Source: Lingula anatina (lineage: Eukaryota; Animalia; Brachiopoda). Taken from it: DNA of 64,000 nt. Under the pieces are notes generated by a model. That model saw only the letters and a list, made by a program, of their open reading frames with translations. It was not told the origin of the DNA and did not search any database. A program made the position numbers and the translations under genes. This document shows, one piece after another, positions 34,825 through 49,300 of the stretch. Within the stretch, counting starts at the first letter, position 1. Each line of letters begins with the position of its first letter. The stretch spans positions 36,028,401-36,092,400 of the forward strand of contig CM120641.1 in NCBI GenBank assembly GCA_051362555.1, written 5' to 3'.

Positions 34825-37800
34825 GGGCGGGGGGAACGTTCACTGGAAAAGAAGCCAACAAAATGTGCCTTGGAGGGGGAGTTGAAAATAATTAGAATTC
34901 TACCCTTGTTCATAATTCTCATGGCTGTACTTTTAATTATTGTCTTAGGTGCTTATTCTTGCAGTTCTTAAGCTTAACATTGCAAAGTACATCCATTTAG
35001 TATTAGTGGTTGTTGTAAAGAAATTTTGAATCATATTTTTGGTCTGTGGCATTACATTAAATTTTTTGAAGTGTGTATTGTTTTCAATTCTTATTTATCT
35101 GATCTCTTGATTTTCTAGTTGAAGTTCCCCATAAGAAATTAGTACAAGGCCTGCTGAAGACCAAGAATGTATACATCTTAGATTGCCATTCTGATGTATT
35201 TATCTGGTAAGAGGAATTGAAATTTAGAAATATAGATATCCTTGTATTGTGTTCATCAATGATTGTCCATGTTTTGTCAGTGGTCAGTTCTTTCACAGTA
35301 TACAGAAAATAAAGTAAATTGATTTAATATTAATTTCCCAGTCATTTGGAATAGAAATAAGGCATGCTAGCTGCTGTATCAGTACAATATTGAAAACATG
35401 TTATATTTCACATAGGATTGGAAAGAAGTCTACACGTCTTGTACGAGCTGCAGCCTTAAAGCTGTCACAAGAATTATGCAGCATGTTAGACAGACCATCA
35501 TTTACAAGAGTCACGCGATGTCAAGATGGGTGGGTATTCTATTAAAAATATTTTTCCTATGGTTGAAAAAATATAAGGTTTTTGCTTAACATTCTCTGTG
35601 ATATTAAACTTGATACCAAAGTGATGGTACAGGCAATAAATGATAGCAGTATAGTGTAAAGAAATTGGGTGTAAAACTTGAATATTGAGAATTTGACCCA
35701 TATGCAAGAGTTTTTAGAAACAACATACCTAGAGTACTATGATGGAGCATTGATAAAAATGAAAACGATGTCATTTATAATTTCTGTAAGGTATCCATTC
35801 TCATGCTACATAGAAAACTATGAAATATTGACAAAATAAATACAATCCTTCAGCACTGAGTCCCAACTCTTCAAGATGAAGTTTGTTGGCTGGGATGATG
35901 TTATCGCAGTGGATTACACCAGGACTTCAGAGTCTGTAATCAAGAGGGGAGTTGACCTCAAAGTCATTATGGAGAGGGACAAGATTAAGACGGACCTTTC
36001 GGCTCTTTTCATGCCAAGACAGCCACCAATGTCCAACCAAGAGGCAGTAAGTAAAGGGCACTTAGACTGGCATTTTAGTTGTAGTACTAGTGAGACTTGG
36101 AAGAAGAAAAGGTGGAGTATACAGTTTTAAATTTAAATCTGCCTGCCAGTGGGCCAGTAACAAATTATAACAGAGAATATGCAGTTGTTCCCTGAATGAA
36201 TTAGCAGCATATTTTACATAAATAGATCATGCAGTATCTTTTTTATATAAAAATACCTAAAATGTTTTGTTTTTATTCATCAGGAACAGCTGATGGAAGA
36301 ATGGAATGAAGATTTGGATGGCATGGAATCCTTTGTTTTAGAGGGCAAGAAGTTTGTGAGGCTGCCAGATGAAGAATTGGGTTAGTTTGTAATTGTTTGA
36401 AACAAAATGTTATGTTTTTCTTTTTAGACAAAGGTATATGTTCAGGACTCTTAAATCTATCCTTATCATCTTGTGGTAAATCTTAATGAAATAATAAAAT
36501 AACAATTGCAATAATACAAGAACAAATTTTATCTGAAGCATGGTTTAGGCTACAGCTGGAAGAAATTCCTTGGATAATTTACACCCTTTTGGAGAAGTTT
36601 TATAAATTTATTTTAATTTCTAACTGCTATTTAACAGGTCACTTCTACAGTGAGGATTCCTATGTGTTCCTGTGTCGGTACTGGGTGCCTGTGGACTCTC
36701 CAGAGGGCACAGGGGATGAGGACAATGAGGAGGAGGAACCCGAGGATGACTTCAAATGTGTAGTGTACTTTTGGCAGGGAAGAAATGCTGGGAACATGGG
36801 GTGGTTAACCTTCACTTTCAGGTATGAACTCTGCAGATTTTTATATTCATGTTCGATATCATTCCTTTCCAATACATTGCCTATTGCAAAGTGTGTGAAA
36901 GGTAAGTGTCCAAAATTTGTGACACATATCTTGACTCACATGACAGCTATGTACTGATAAGGTCTTAGTTCAGTTTATGTATTAGTCTATAATAATTTTA
37001 TTCAATATTGATTATAAGTGGCTTTTTAACAAGTGGTGACTTTAATTGCAGTTTGCAGAAGAAGTTTGAAGCCCTCTTTGGAGACAAACTGGAGGTTGTT
37101 AGAACACATCAGGTAAGTTATCCTGAACTACTAGACAGAAATGACTCTTAAGGAATAGATTTACATTTGTAAAGTAATTTTAATAATTTCTCTTCTTTTC
37201 CTGATTCTGCATTATTTTCTTTCAGCAACAAGAAAACCTGAAGTTTTTGTCTCACTTCAAAAAGAAGTTTGTGATTCACCAAGGCAAGAGGAATCCCAAC
37301 AGCGAGGAACCAGAAAATGTCGAATTGTATCAGATCAGGGCCAACGGCAGCCCCCTTGCTACAAGATGCATTCAGGTATTGATCAGCATGAAAAATAGTC
37401 TAAAGTAATCAATCAAATTCTTTGCATATTGAAATAAATAAATAGATAACTAAGTAAATAAAATAAATGAAACAGTTACAAATCATGTAGATGCACTCCT
37501 TACCATTTAGAGAAAGAAACAAATTTTATTTTCTGTTTTACAGGTTCCTGTCGATGCTTCCAATCTCAATTCTTCCTTCTGGTAAGTTCTTTTAAAAGAA
37601 TATTGATATAAAAAGATTTTTCGCGAGTACAGAGGGTCTAATTTAATTGTAAAATTGCTAGTAACGTGTGCAATTCATATTCAAATAAGAATTATAAAAT
37701 ATATTTAACTTTCCACCATTAAAGGGATAATAACTCTTCGTTTTGGCCAAAAAATGAATTTTCCTGGAGTCAACAACAATTCCCGTACTTACCAATGGTT

Positions 37801-39023
37801 AATGAATCCATTTTTACATTCTAAGTTAGTCCCTGGTTTTTTTCTAAAAAGTTTGGTTTTTTGTTAAAATCTCTTAAGAGATTATAACTGAGTACAGCCA
37901 TCAATGGAGGTCACGTGATCTGAAGACAAGCTCAGATATCAGAATAATAGCTATAACTGCCATTTTTGTGGTAAAACAGAATGTATTATATTTCTATGAG
38001 TTGTTCACAGTGTTTTTATTGTGAAATATAGATATCATACGAAGAGTTATTATCCTTTTAAGGTTGTTAAGAAATGCAGCAATTTAAAAGAAAAATGAGT
38101 TACTTTGTGTTTCTATTGATTTTAGTTTCTTGCTGAAAGTGCCATTTGATAATGATGACATGCAGGGTATAATGTATGTCTGGATAGGAAGAAAGAGTGA
38201 CCCTGAGGAAGCAAAACTGGCAGAGGAAATAGCAAGGGAACTGTTTGATGTACGTTCTTATACTTTTGAGTATTGTTGTGATATTGGTTCTTTAAAAGTG
38301 TGTGTGTGAGTTGTTGTTGTTGTAAATATCTTGTAAACATCATGTTAGTTTGATGCAGTAAAGCTTTATATTTATGATATGTTATGTGAAGTATGGAGAG
38401 AGAAGGAAGTATATGGACTATCCTAAATATATCTGTTAGTGAGATGAAATTGTTGTTTTAATATAACACTGTGACCATGGATGGGTTTATCAGCTTACAA
38501 AAGATAAAGTTCTATTCACATAATGAACTCACATTAGAAATCCCGATGTGGGAGAAGTTTCTCTGTATTAATTGTGTATGGTACTTTATATTAGGAAACA
38601 TACACAGTACAAATCGTCTGTGAAGGTGTTGAGCCAGAGAACTTCTTCTGGGTTGGAATTGGAGGCAAGAAGCCTTATGAGAAGGTATAGTTACCATATT
38701 ACTACAATACTACATGGAATGTTTTCATCACATTTTTTGCCTCATGGTATTGTGATTTCAAAATGTTTTTCTTTACATTGAAACTGGTTGAGCAAAATTC
38801 AGTCACTGAAATGAGGACTAACTCCAAAGCAAACAAGTAAATTTTGACACGATTTATTTACAGAAATAATGATAATAATCATAATGTTTTTGTTTTTTTT
38901 TTTTTTTTGTTACAGACAGCAGAGTTCATGAAATATGCCAGGCTTTTCAGGTGCTCAAATGAGAAAGGTTATTTCACAGTCTCTGAGAAATGCTCAGACT
39001 TCTGCCAGGTATGCTGTCAATGA

Positions 39024-39055
<32 letters not shown>

Positions 39056-39804
39056 CTACTCTGTATGACAGATCCAGGATTTTATGGTGGGGTGGAAGAA
39101 GGTAGTGGGCTGGAAACAATGGAAGAGTGGAGAATAGACTGCTGTAACTCTTATTTGGCAAAAGACTGGAAAAACAAACCAGACAGTTTTAATTCTGTTA
39201 TGTTTAGCAAGGGGAGCGTTTAATTTAATGCTTATGGAAATATGGTATATTTTTATAAAGTGTGTCATGATTTTCCTATTAATATTACATGGTATCTAAT
39301 GTTGATGTATAATTTGCAATCTTTCTCATTTTCTTTCCAGGATGACCTTGCTGATGATGATGTCATGATTTTAGACAATGGTGAACAAGTATTTTTGTGG
39401 CTTGGTAGAAAAACCAGTGATGTGGAAATCAAGCTGGCTTTCAAGAGTGCACAGGTGGGCAGGGAGGCTTACTTACACTACTTTAGTGGAAAGGTTTCAG
39501 TCAAAATAAAGTCTGTTGTTTGTGATTAAAGATTACTCAGAGCATTTACTACTAAGTCAACTACAAATATTGCTGTAAATATGTTCACATAGTTGAGTAT
39601 TGTCAACCTTGGATGTAAAATTAATAACAACTTCAAGAATAATATTATGTGACAATTTCATGATTCTAGGTCTATGTCCAGCACATGAGGAACAAGCAAC
39701 CAGATAAACCAAGAAAACTGTTGCTTGCCCTTAAAAACAAAGAGAACCAGAGATTTACCAAGTGCTTCCATGGCTGGGGCAAATTTAGGGTGGCCCCTGA
39801 GTAA
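26795..39804 (+). CDS. FLII: Protein flightless-1 (LRR plus gelsolin repeats), complete, about 35 exons
   Basis: ATG at 26795 ([12 protein letters not shown]), LRR exons, then gelsolin motifs [101 protein letters not shown], ending [17 protein letters not shown] (TAA 39802-39804). Confidence 0.96.
31330..31497. mobile_element. MITE, CAGGCCCGTAGCCAG...CTGGCTACGGGCCTG, 5-bp TSD TTTTA, in a FLII intron
   Basis: Perfect 15-bp TIR, TTTTA on both flanks, internal GGGAAAAGGTCCACT repeated twice. Confidence 0.85.
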
Positions 39805-41674
39805 CCTCACTAATACTAAGATAGTATATATATAACAATGTATTTTGAGCTGTTTAAGTACTAGAGCCTTTGAATAGCCTGCTGCTGCTTGGAATAATTA
39901 GCAATTACATGAGTGAGAAGACTTTCCCATTAAAGTGCAATATATACTGAGATGGCACACATTGAAAATTTAGCAAATTCTGAATTGACTTCCTGAAACT
40001 TTTACAGTTTAGCTGTGTATAGTTTATGCAGATATCTATCTACTATTTATTTTGTGATTTCTTTTGTAAAATATATTTCCTGAATCTGATTGTGAAATTT
40101 TATCCTGCTAATTTATATTTGTAAAGTGAAAGTGGATCTTTGCACTGCTTGCAATAAACCATTGTATACCCAGTGTTGTTCTTGTCCTATTTCCCCAATG
40201 CTTAAATAGTTTTTATAGATATAAAGCTTCAATATAAGACTTTTGGGTATGTGATTGTCATCTAGTTATCAATCAGGCAGTTGGCCAGTGGCAAAACAGT
40301 TTTTCAGTGGCTCACCTCCAATGTTTTAAATGAAAAACCTGCAAGGAAAGGCATCACTGCAGGGCTATTGTCATGTAATTTTGGAATATAGTTTCCAAGT
40401 ATTAAATGGCATATATCTGTATCATTCTGAATTCTTTATGATAAAGATGGTTTTTGGTGCTTATGGTAGTCACTGGAACATGGCCATTTATCACGATTTT
40501 GGAATACTGGTATGCCCTTCCTAATCCGCAAGTAGCTTTCATGCTCATGAGTGTATAGGACTAAAATTGTAGCCTATGATTGTAGCCACAATCAGACTAA
40601 GTAGAGCTTTAACCCTACATTTATATCAGTGTTAGTTTTTTTTTTTTTTTTTTTTTTTTTTTTGTACCTCAATAAATTGCCTTATCATACTCAATATCAA
40701 GATTACAGTTTTGTTTCAACTTAATAATGAGCAGAGTAAATAAAAGTACAAGTCACAAACTGTTTTATTAACAGTGGTTGTAGAAAAGATCAACATAACT
40801 CATTTTTCAAACACAAAAAAAACTCTCTTTGGTGATGCAGTTTTCTAAAAATGTTCAGCCAATATGGTGGTATATAAACAAAGCAAATATCTGATTAAGA
40901 TGTTGAAAAAATTTATTGTTGACATTATATAGCTTGCTTAATTTAAATGTACAGTGTTTAAATAATGATACATGCTGTACAGCGAGTAATGACACGAGAG
41001 CATTTGGAAGTACATGTATCTTGGAGATGCTGTAAGTACATGCAAAGAGGAACCACAAATACTACTACACATATGTAATACAACTTTTAAACTGTTATAG
41101 GTTGATCTTAACATTTTTAAACAGTCCAGATATCACTTTTAGTCCAGCAGGTTCTAAATCAAGGAACGAATATTATTTTGGTATTTGAATATTGCTGTCA
41201 TGGTAGTTCCACACAATTTCTTGGTACAATTTCTACTGTGGTTGCAAACTTTAGACCTCATTAACTTGCAGAGTCATTTCCCCAGTTGGTGTAACACTAT
41301 TAGCAGTGTATATGATCCAAAGATTCAGCTCCAAAGGCCTTCCTATGGCAGTTTGCTAAATAACGTCCAATATTTTGGTCAAGATCCTCTATGCACTGTG
41401 GTCTAAATGGGCACTAAGAGTGAAAAAAGTATTTAAAAAAATGATCATTTAAATATTAAGCACAGAATGCATTCGGGGTGTATGCAAAAAGCCACAAATA
41501 GCGTGATCATAACATCAAATACCATTACATTACCTTTAAAACTAATTTAAGTAATATTTTATCTTTAAAAAACGACAGTTGAATATAAATGCAGTCTCCG
41601 ATTGGTTAGTTTGCAAAACTCTCGTATAACTGAGTGCATAGTGGTTCAAAACTTGCCTGATCCAATACAAGTCT

Positions 41675-41944
41675 TTAATCATCGTCATCATCAGGATGCC
41701 ATATATCATTTTCTTCTATAAAAGCAGCAGAGCTCTTTGCAATGTACGCTCCCAGAAAAATAAATGGAGATACCGCTACACACGTTTTTATCACAGGAAA
41801 ATTAATCTGCTGTGGTTTTTGGTATAATGTCCCACTGTCGGTTAATACATGGCGAATCTGATTTACAACAATATTCTTCTGCATAGAGTTTAGAGCCCAA
41901 ATTTGACGGGACTGCCCGAAACCTTTCGCAAGCCTCGCCGCCAT
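41675..41944 (-). CDS. SMDT1: Essential MCU regulator EMRE, 89 aa, single coding exon
   Basis: Basic mitochondrial presequence, TDSGTLYQKP, a TM helix with PFIFLGAYIAK (GxxxA), and AAFIEENDIWHPDDDDD acidic tail typical of EMRE. Confidence 0.92.
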   Translation of the reverse strand: MAARLAKGFGQSRQIWALNSMQKNIVVNQIRHVLTDSGTLYQKPQQINFPVIKTCVAVSPFIFLGAYIAKSSAAFIEENDIWHPDDDDD

Positions 41945-42227
41945 GACAGTTTAAGTGGTTTGGTGGGGGTATTGTTTATTTAATGTTTTGTTAACTGTGT
42001 AATTTACGGCGTCAAATTAAAGATGTTTAGAAGTCACAAGAAGATTAATTGTGTCATAATAATTGCTTATGTGGTTTTCTCATGCAAATACAAACTGGGC
42101 ATCAAATAAATATAAAATAAAGAAAACAGGTAGCGAAATCGAGGCCTATTGATGGAGAAAACTCATAACATAAAATACCGAAAGGTGTCAGGCCTTAACA
42201 AGAAGGGAAAAGACGTAAGCGAAAAGC
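41945..42227. promoter_or_regulatory. 283-bp bidirectional promoter SMDT1/ADSL
   Basis: The start codons diverge 283 bp apart. An octamer ATGCAAAT is at ~42082 and CpGs are retained near both ATGs. Confidence 0.75.
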
Positions 42228-45200
42228 ATGGCTAATGAATCGCCGGGCACAAATTCAGAGCATCATGGCAAGTACAGATCACCGTTGGTGTCAAGATATG
42301 CAAGTCCTGAAATGGCATATAACTTCAGTGATATGAAAAAATTTACCACTTGGAGAAAACTATGGCTCTATTTGGCCAAAGCAGAGCAGGTAAAGTTTAG
42401 TTTTAACTAGTTACAACTTCAATGCATTGATTGATTCTTTTTTCTTTCCTTTTCTTTATTCCCAAACTTTCAGTTTTCCTGCTTCTGTTTACTTGCTTTC
42501 TCTTTTCTTCCTTTCATTCTTGGTGCATGTGTTTTGATTACTAGTATTTTTTTCATGCCATCTCTCACGACAAATGTTTACTAAATATAATTAATAAGGT
42601 TCATTGTTCATCAGGACCAGAGGCAGAGTGTGATCCACACAGCGTACTGCAGTCTGCGACGTTAGGCACTAGCCCGAGGCAATTGCCCACCTAAAGTGGC
42701 ACCGGGCTAGTAAAAAAGTTGAAATTTTATAAAGCACTAGCCCGAACGGGCTAGTTGAAATGTTGAGCCTATTGTAACACTCAGTAAGATTTCAAAAATA
42801 TAAGTCGCCAGTCTTTTTTGTTCCTGCCTCTAATTTGACGTTTCTAGATAGTATAATATACCTCTCAGTTGAAAAAAACTCACACCTAGCTCTAACTACT
42901 GAATATTGATTAGTTGCTATAAATACCTTCACTGTAGTTATTTATAGCAGCAGTCTGTCTGATCAGCGTGTCGGCATCTTTTTATTTGACCAGTTTGTTA
43001 AATTGCTGTCAATCAAGAAACTGGATCAGACCGGAATTCCTTGGTACTAGCAACAGGTTTTGTCAAAACAACACTGTCTCCGAAGCAAGTGTAATGAATG
43101 CATTATCTCATAGAACATTTGGGTTAGGACCACTTAGCAGACTGAGGGGTGTAGTATTCTATTTCCTTTTTTGTTTATATTTTTTATTTATAATTTTAAT
43201 AGTCACAGGTTTATACATTTTCCTTTGCTTATTGCCTTTTAAAAACAATAAGACCCTGGCAGTTACATGTAACATAAATACCCTATAAACTATTCTTGAC
43301 AATGTGGGATAGTTCGGTTTATGCCATGGCTACCCCTCCACACTTTGTCCTGGTAAAGTCCTTGAAAAGTTGTTTTTACAAATATATAACCAAAAGAATT
43401 GTAACCAAAAAAATTGCAAGACGTTTGTTTAATTACCCTTACAGCACCTATGTATTTTAAATTAGAAGTGGCATTTTATACCGATGTAATTGGAAATAAA
43501 TTGTCAGAAAAGAGCCATTGTCAATAAAAAGAATAGGAATTTAAAATAAATTTTGATTGCATATAAAAAATGGAAATAAAGGTATTATAAAAATATGAAA
43601 AGTAAGGGTAACTATATTCAGTATTACATATTAAAAAAGGGAATTTTTTCAATATTAAATAATTAAATATATTTTAAATCAATTTTACCACCCCATCAAC
43701 TGAAAATTAACCTGATTGACTTTGTCATTCACTTGCTCTACTTCTATAATAAGGTTTACAAGAAAGTACAGTATGGTACCACAACTCTTTACAACATCTG
43801 CTTAAACTTTTAAAATGAATTGTTTAAATTGGGCTAGTGTTTTTTGGTTTGGGCTAGTAAAGTTTGAGAGTCTGCTAGCCCGAAGGGCTAGTAGTCTAAA
43901 AAGTTTTTGGCACAGACTGGTACTGTATACTGTGCCCGTGGGAAATAATTTAGGCTTAATTTTTTATTGTTAGAGATTGAATGATCTGGATATTTTCAGA
44001 ATTCAGTGTACAGTCTGTATATACAAAAACTTTTAAAAATTACTTTATGTATAATTTTATAGATGTTGGGCCTTGAAATCACTGATGAACAAATCAAGGA
44101 GATGGAAAGCAATATTGATAATATTGACTTTGAAAGAGCGGCTCAAGAAGAGAAGAAACGTCGTCATGATGTCATGGCCCATGTGCATACATTTGCAGCA
44201 TGCTGTCCTCTTGCTGCACCTATTATTCACCTTGGAGCTACCTCAGCATATGTAGGGGATAACACAGTAAGTTTTGCAAACTAGGTGATATACATAATCA
44301 TTCGAACGTTTTTTTTTTTGTTTTTTTTCTAGTGCATGCTTTTTCTTTTAAACAAATTAGCTAGGAGTTTTATAAATTAAATTATTGACTGAAATGTAGT
44401 AAAGAATTTGTCAGTAGTATTTCACTTATTTTTGCAATTTCACAATTTTTGTATTTTTTTATTTCATTAGTTATTCTGGTATGCCAGTTTTGTTACAAAA
44501 TGTATATGATTAAAGCTTAATTTTGCAGATGTTAACTTCATCTTGAGACAAATAATTAAAATGTTTATAATCTTTACTTTGAAGAAGATATCTGTATTTC
44601 AGTTTTTCAGAAGGTCTGTTATTGCCAAGTTTAATCTGATAATGGCTTAGTTGCAAGAATACTTGATTTTAATTTCTCAATATCTTTAAGGCCTTTTTGT
44701 CAAAATCATGCGAGTAAGCAGTGTAGTCACAAGGAGCTCGTTTCATTACTCTGTAATTATTAATTTTTTTCTTTTCAGGATCTTGTGGTTCTAAGAGAAG
44801 GCTTTGATATACTCTTACCAAAGGTAGCTGTTTTTGTTTCTATTTATAGTTTTTGTTTACTTACCTATGAGATTGAAAAAACACTACTTAAACAGTGTGT
44901 ACTATATTGATTGAGGTGGTTCAGGTTGAATCTCTTCAAAAGTCTCTGATCATTTTTGTAAAACATTCTGAATGTAAGGTTTTCATCAATACTATCAGTA
45001 ATAACATTATTTTCATGTTCCAGGTAGCACGCTGCATTCAAAGACTTGCAGATTTTGCAAGGCAGCACAGAGAACTACCATGTCTTGGTTTCACACATAT
45101 GCAGTGAGTAACTTATATATCAATTTCATGTAAAAAAATGTATGTATAAAACAATTACTAACTGTAACAAGCAATAAGCAAGCAAAGCTGTCAAATACCC

Positions 45201-46291
45201 GTTTTGCTGATTAAAAAGGTTAATGTGCCATTAGAATCCCTGTGTGATGAGGCCAGGTGATACATGGATCATGTTAGGCCCCATGCCCATAGACACCATC
45301 AGTGTACATGGATGGACTCACATCTGCAGGGACTCTTGCTGGCTGCAATCGGCTTAACTGAGTGACAAACCTCTTCCTGGCTTAGAGGAGAATACAGAAA
45401 AGCTGGAGATTACATGAGTACATTGGAAAGAAGAGAAGGTGGTCATTCAGTTAAGCTGATTGCACTTAGTGAGAATCCCCACAGAGTTGGGGCGATCTTC
45501 TTCGACCGAATGGGGTCTAAGTTTGGCTGTTTACCATTTATTTTGAGTCCATTTAATTATGCCTTGAAAGCCTTGAGTAAAACTTTATTTCCTTCAGACC
45601 AGCCCAGCTCACCACTGTGGGAAAGAGGGCATGTCTCTGGATACAGGACCTGTTAATGGACTTGCGCAACTTGCAAAGGGCCAGAGATGACCTATGCTTT
45701 AGAGGGGTTAAAGGAACCACAGGCACTCAGGCCAGTTTTCTCTCTTTGTTTGAAGGAAATCCTGATAAGGTAAATGGTGTTTTTTTTTCAGTGAGATATT
45801 TTCTTAGTAGTTTATTAAAAGTTTGTTACATAACAACTCAGCAGAAATATATGCTATACGTCCATTTGCAAATTTATGAAGTGATGGGAAGCTTTTGAGC
45901 CCTGAATAATGTAAAATACATTTATTTACAAACACTGAGGATTTATTGGGTGCATATGAGCATTTTAATTGAATGAAAGGCTAAATATGTATATGACAAG
46001 ATTTTTGTTATTACAGATTGACCTATTAGATAATCTGGTGACAGAAATGGCTGGGTTTAAAAAGTAAGTGTCCAGTTTTGTCTATTAATAAAATACTTTT
46101 TTTTTATAATAACAAAAATCTCACTTTAGTTCTTTAGCACTGCCCTTGGAAGCTCTAAAGTTTATTTTCAATTATTTCTTTTTCAGATCTTACATTATAT
46201 GCGGTCAGACGTACACTAGAAAAGTTGACATTGACACCCTCAGTCCATTGGCCAGTCTTGGTGCCTCTATCCATAAGGTAAAAGATTGCAA

Positions 46292-46379
<88 letters not shown>

Positions 46380-49300
46380 TACATGAACATAATAATAAAA
46401 TAATAATTAAAAACTGTAAGAATTAAAAAGACTGTTATTCAGTACAAGTCTTAAGGCATTCAAAACAGTGACAGCAGTAACTAACTTATAGTAAGTTTGG
46501 ACCTGTACAGAATTAGGACTTGCAGATTTCTTGAATTGCAGGTCTCTGGTTCTTCAGCGCATCTAATGCTTCCCCCATGTCTGATGTATTCTATTATAGC
46601 TTATAACAATTTGGAAGATTTCCAAGATTTGGGCCAATTTTAAATGATTTGCCTAAATCACTTGAAAGTAGAGGAAATGGTGTAGATTCTGGAGTGGAAT
46701 ATTTGTTATATTAACTGGGGCACCAGGCTAATGAACACTAGCTACCCCTATCTCAGAAATTATACCTCCGAAATCTCTAGATTGCGATTCCGCACAGCTC
46801 CCACAGGGAACTATGTGCCACTCACGGCAAAGGCCCTTTTATCATTGTATAGGTAGTGGCTTAACTAATAGTCATACATTTTCTCTCTTGGTGAGTTTTA
46901 ATGTCAGTGAATGATATATTATATATCAAGGTACAAATATTAGTATCAAGAAATGTGATACCAACAAATGCTTTTACTAAGTACTACATATGTTATTAAG
47001 AATATTGATATTAATAAAAATGAATTAAAAAGTGTTAATATATTATTTTTAATTGTTAATTACAAAAAAGTAATTGCCTGTCTGTCATTTTCCCCTCTAG
47101 ATTTGTACAGATATTAGACTGTTGGCAAGTATGAAAGAAGTGGAAGAACCTTTTGAAAAAGACCAGATAGGTAAATGATAAACCAAATATTGTACACAAT
47201 GGGACATTTTGGGGGAGTTGGGGCATCAAAATCTGTTGCCATGGCAACAGAATTATGAGACAACATTGAATATTGGAAATTCTCCATGCTTTATCTTTTC
47301 ATAAGAAATGTTTTTCAATACTGCTGAAGTGTAATATATGGTGCTCCATGCTCATGATAGTATAATGCAAGTATAGATAAAAGAAATATTTAAAACAATT
47401 TTAAAAAATTAAATATGTTTACAACCCAGCAGGTGAGTGATTGATTAAAATGTTGAACAGGTGTAATCAGAGTTCATTACCAAATGGATATGGGAATGTA
47501 TTAAAATGTTATTATTTTTATTACTTATATCAAATTTGACACTTGCATATTTACTTATTGAATAATTTTGAGTAAATTTTTTTATAATACTTTTCCTGGG
47601 CAAATCTACAACATATTAATATTATATGTATATTTTTATCAGTGAACGTACATTCTTCATCACAGGCTCCAGTGCTATGCCTTACAAGCGTAACCCTATG
47701 AGAAGTGAAAGATGTTGTTCCTTGGCTAGACATTTGATGACTTTAATCCAAAATGTTCTCATGACACACTCAGTGCAGTGGCTGGAGAGGACACTGGATG
47801 ACAGTGCAAATAGGTAGTTTATTATAGTCTGATATTGTAAGTTTTTCAAACATTATTTTTTAAGCCTAGTGGCTGTGAGTAGGTACTTGGCTTCAATTAA
47901 TTTCAAAGATTTTAACTTCCAAAATGTCATATTTGTATTATTAGAATACTAATTAGATATTTTTGGCCTGGATCATGAGCACACATCAATAAACATAATA
48001 ATTGTGTTAGGTGAAACAGATTGCGTTTTGTTGTGCATGTTTCTTAAACAGCATGAAAGCTTTCCTGAATTGTTATTTGTCATAACCTTTGCAATACACA
48101 CCTGACCAATATTACAGTTTGAATTGTTATAGGCATGTCTTATACAGTATAACATGCATTATATCAGTTGATGGGTGTATAATAGGAACAGGACTTTACT
48201 TGAATTCAATGTAACCTTGCATTTCAGACGCGTGACTTTGGCAGAGGCTTTTTTGACTGCTGACATTGTGCTTAGTACTTTGCAGAACATAACAGAAGGC
48301 CTGGTGGTTTATCCCAAGGTAACATTTTTTCAATTTATCAAAAGCATTACACAAAAACTATTGCATTTGAAAAATATTTATGTATATAAACACAAGATTA
48401 ATTAATTAGATTAATGTTGTCAAAAACTTTATGTTTAAAATTTGTGTTAAACTTAAACTTTATTCATTATTTATTGAAATTTTGCAAGATATATTTAAAT
48501 ACATATATTACAATATTTTTGAAAGAATATTGTATTGTAAGGATCCAATTTAGATATTTATATTTACATAATAAATTATATTTCAAGTTCTTAGCTTTTG
48601 ATTTGATCTCTAAAACAGGTTATTGAACGCCATGTAAAACAAGAGCTTCCATTTATGGCCACAGAGAACATAATCATGGCAATGGTCAAGGCTGGACAGG
48701 ACAGACAGGTCAGTACATTGAAAAAGTTTATAGCAAATGCCAAGCTGATGACCTAGAGGATAACAGATTGACTGAAATAAAAAAAGAGAAAAAACATTGG
48801 ATTGAGAAGGCATTTGGTTTTTGTTTGTCTATAAAGTGATAGTCAAGATTCTAGCAATATTTAAAGTAAAAGTAATTTTTTTCTTTTCTTACTTTCTTCT
48901 TTTTTTCCAACAGAGACTTGCAAAACATAAAATATGTAACTCTGATTTTTGGCCTATGTATTGTAAATTGTAAATTATAATGTATATTCTGAACAGAGTA
49001 GCATAACCATGGTTAAGTCATACCTTACTTGTCTGCTGTAGGTTTGCCACGAACAAATCAGAGTGTTGTCACAAGAAGCTGGCGCTGTTGTAAAGGAGCA
49101 GGGAGGAGATAATGATCTCATGGAAAGAATCCGAGCCTCAGTTTATTTTGCTCCCATCCATGATCAGTTGGACAGTTTACTAGATCCAAGCACATTCACT
49201 GGAAGAGCACCAACTCAGGTACAGTTTCTGACAGTTTCTAAGAAGTTCACATGCATAGTGTGATGTGAAGTTCACAAAAGAAATACACTTGATATATTGT

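Noticed and set aside
45244-45520. Structured intronic RNA (scaRNA with C box GTGATGA, or RNase P/MRP because ACCGAATGGGGTCTA fits CR-V)
   Set aside because: There is no terminal CTGA D box, no CR-I GGAA motif and no convincing snRNA guide, and the arms are homologous to the palindromic repeat at 61518-61745. An Infernal/Rfam scan would settle it.
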